NCBI GenBank assembly: GCA_001791305.1 | Contig: MGEI01000003.1 | Span: forward strand, 112,872-176,871 | Direction: 5' to 3' | Length of the DNA: 64,000 bases | Source: Candidatus Uhrbacteria bacterium RIFCSPLOWO2_01_FULL_47_17 | GTDB taxonomy: Bacteria > Patescibacteriota > Patescibacteriia > UBA9934 > GWF2-40-263 | In this document: one piece after another, positions 63,636-64,000 of the stretch | Numbering within the stretch: the first letter of the stretch is position 1 | Layout of the letters: each line of letters begins with the position of its first letter | Notes under the pieces: generated by a model | Seen by the model: only the letters and a program-made list of their open reading frames with translations | The model's database searches: none | What the model was told of the DNA's origin: nothing | Position numbers and translations under genes: made by a program

Positions 63636-63686
63636 AAAGCAAAAGTGGTTGAGTGATGGAGTGGTGGAGTGAACGTACTTTTGTCT

Positions 63687-64000
63687 TTATTTTTTTTGAA
63701 ACACGGCAAGTGTCTCTATTGGGATGTTTCGATCGTGTTCCTGCATCCAGCGTTCAAGGTCGTCTCTGAGGGCAAGTTGATCAAAGCCGAGGACGATCAG
63801 GTCGGGCTGTACCTCGTCAAGAATGCGGTAGGAGCCGAGTTCTTCATCGCTCAACATGGCTCGAGAGACATGCGGATCCTTAGCCACGCGTGCGAGGCGA
63901 GTTTGTTCATCGTTGTGAGGTTCTTTGTGCTTAAGCGCTCTCACGTGTGCGTCTCGAGCAACCGCAGCCACAAGCTCACTTCCCTTCTTTGCCGCTTCTT
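63687..64000 (-). CDS. Nucleotidyl/cytidylyltransferase-like protein, partial (N-terminus lies beyond the window edge)
   Basis: C-terminal part resembles RibF/TagD-type nucleotidyltransferases (DLIVLGFDQ). The reading frame is open up to the window end. Confidence 0.35.
   Translation of the reverse strand, partial: EAAKKGSELVAAVARDAHVRALKHKEPHNDEQTRLARVAKDPHVSRAMLSDEELGSYRILDEVQPDLIVLGFDQLALRDDLERWMQEHDRNIPIETLAVFQKK

Noticed and set aside
1-64000. rRNA, tRNA, tmRNA, RNase P or CRISPR arrays
   Set aside because: No T-loop-like GGTTCGA..CCA contexts, no regularly spaced direct repeats and no long conserved rRNA-like stretches were seen. Intergenic space is nearly all accounted for by promoters, terminators and the motifs described.

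Overview
This 64 kb window is a dense stretch of bacterial chromosome, about 48% GC and mostly housekeeping. The small L36 gene, a short AlaRS, an RpoA without a C-terminal domain and mixed SD / CU-rich / leaderless translation starts suggest a small-genome, possibly Patescibacteria/CPR-like organism. That placement is an inference, not demonstrated.

Genes I can support from the sequence:
- Replication and recombination: recR, ybaB, dnaB, priA.
- Cell envelope: murC, murB, murJ, alr, ftsQ, an M23 peptidase, and a polysaccharide cluster (wzx-like flippase, three glycosyltransferases, a Wzy/O-antigen-ligase-like protein, and a WecG/TagA-type glycosyltransferase).
- Translation: the infA-rpmJ-rpsM-rpsK-rpsD-rpoA-rplQ block followed directly by rplM-rpsI, plus alaS, gltX, fmt, def, hpf, era, mnmA and RNA methyltransferases.
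- Secretion and chaperones: secA, secD, secF, clpB.
- C1 metabolism: folD, glyA.
- No rRNA, tRNA or CRISPR array was found.

The main unusual features:
1. A roughly 28 nt hairpin motif (consensus GGGAACCAAGGCUAAAGCCUCAGRUUAC) is present four times, always intergenic and always in the same strand orientation.
2. A perfect 32 bp inverted repeat with a 45 nt spacer (a 109 nt element) sits between a terminator and the promoter of the first of two huge cysteine-rich lipoprotein genes.
3. Those two lipoprotein genes carry Dictyostelium-type CTDC repeats. Together with a hypothetical gene and the inverted repeat they form a roughly 4.2 kb insertion between murC and murB.
4. A membrane protein plus a cytoplasmic TraD/TraG/VirD4-like (HerA-FtsK superfamily) ATPase with a C-terminal zinc ribbon and Pro/Lys-rich tail lies directly after secDF.
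5. SecD has a parvulin (PpiC) PPIase domain embedded in its periplasmic domain.
6. The PriA homolog has apparently degenerate Walker A and DExH motifs.
7. RpoA stops after the N-terminal domain, and AlaRS lacks the C-Ala domain.
8. GC-rich palindromic in-frame insertions sit inside folD and mnmA.
9. A 19 nt identical repeat of AAGTGAAA-type units occurs at two loci that each lie downstream of a glycosyltransferase gene.

Coordinates for non-coding features were read by eye and are accurate to about 1-10 nt. CDS coordinates are anchored to the supplied ORF track; where a shorter in-frame ATG was chosen, only the ATG and its upstream context were checked against the sequence, except for the ORFs whose recorded first codon is TTG (noted in their evidence).
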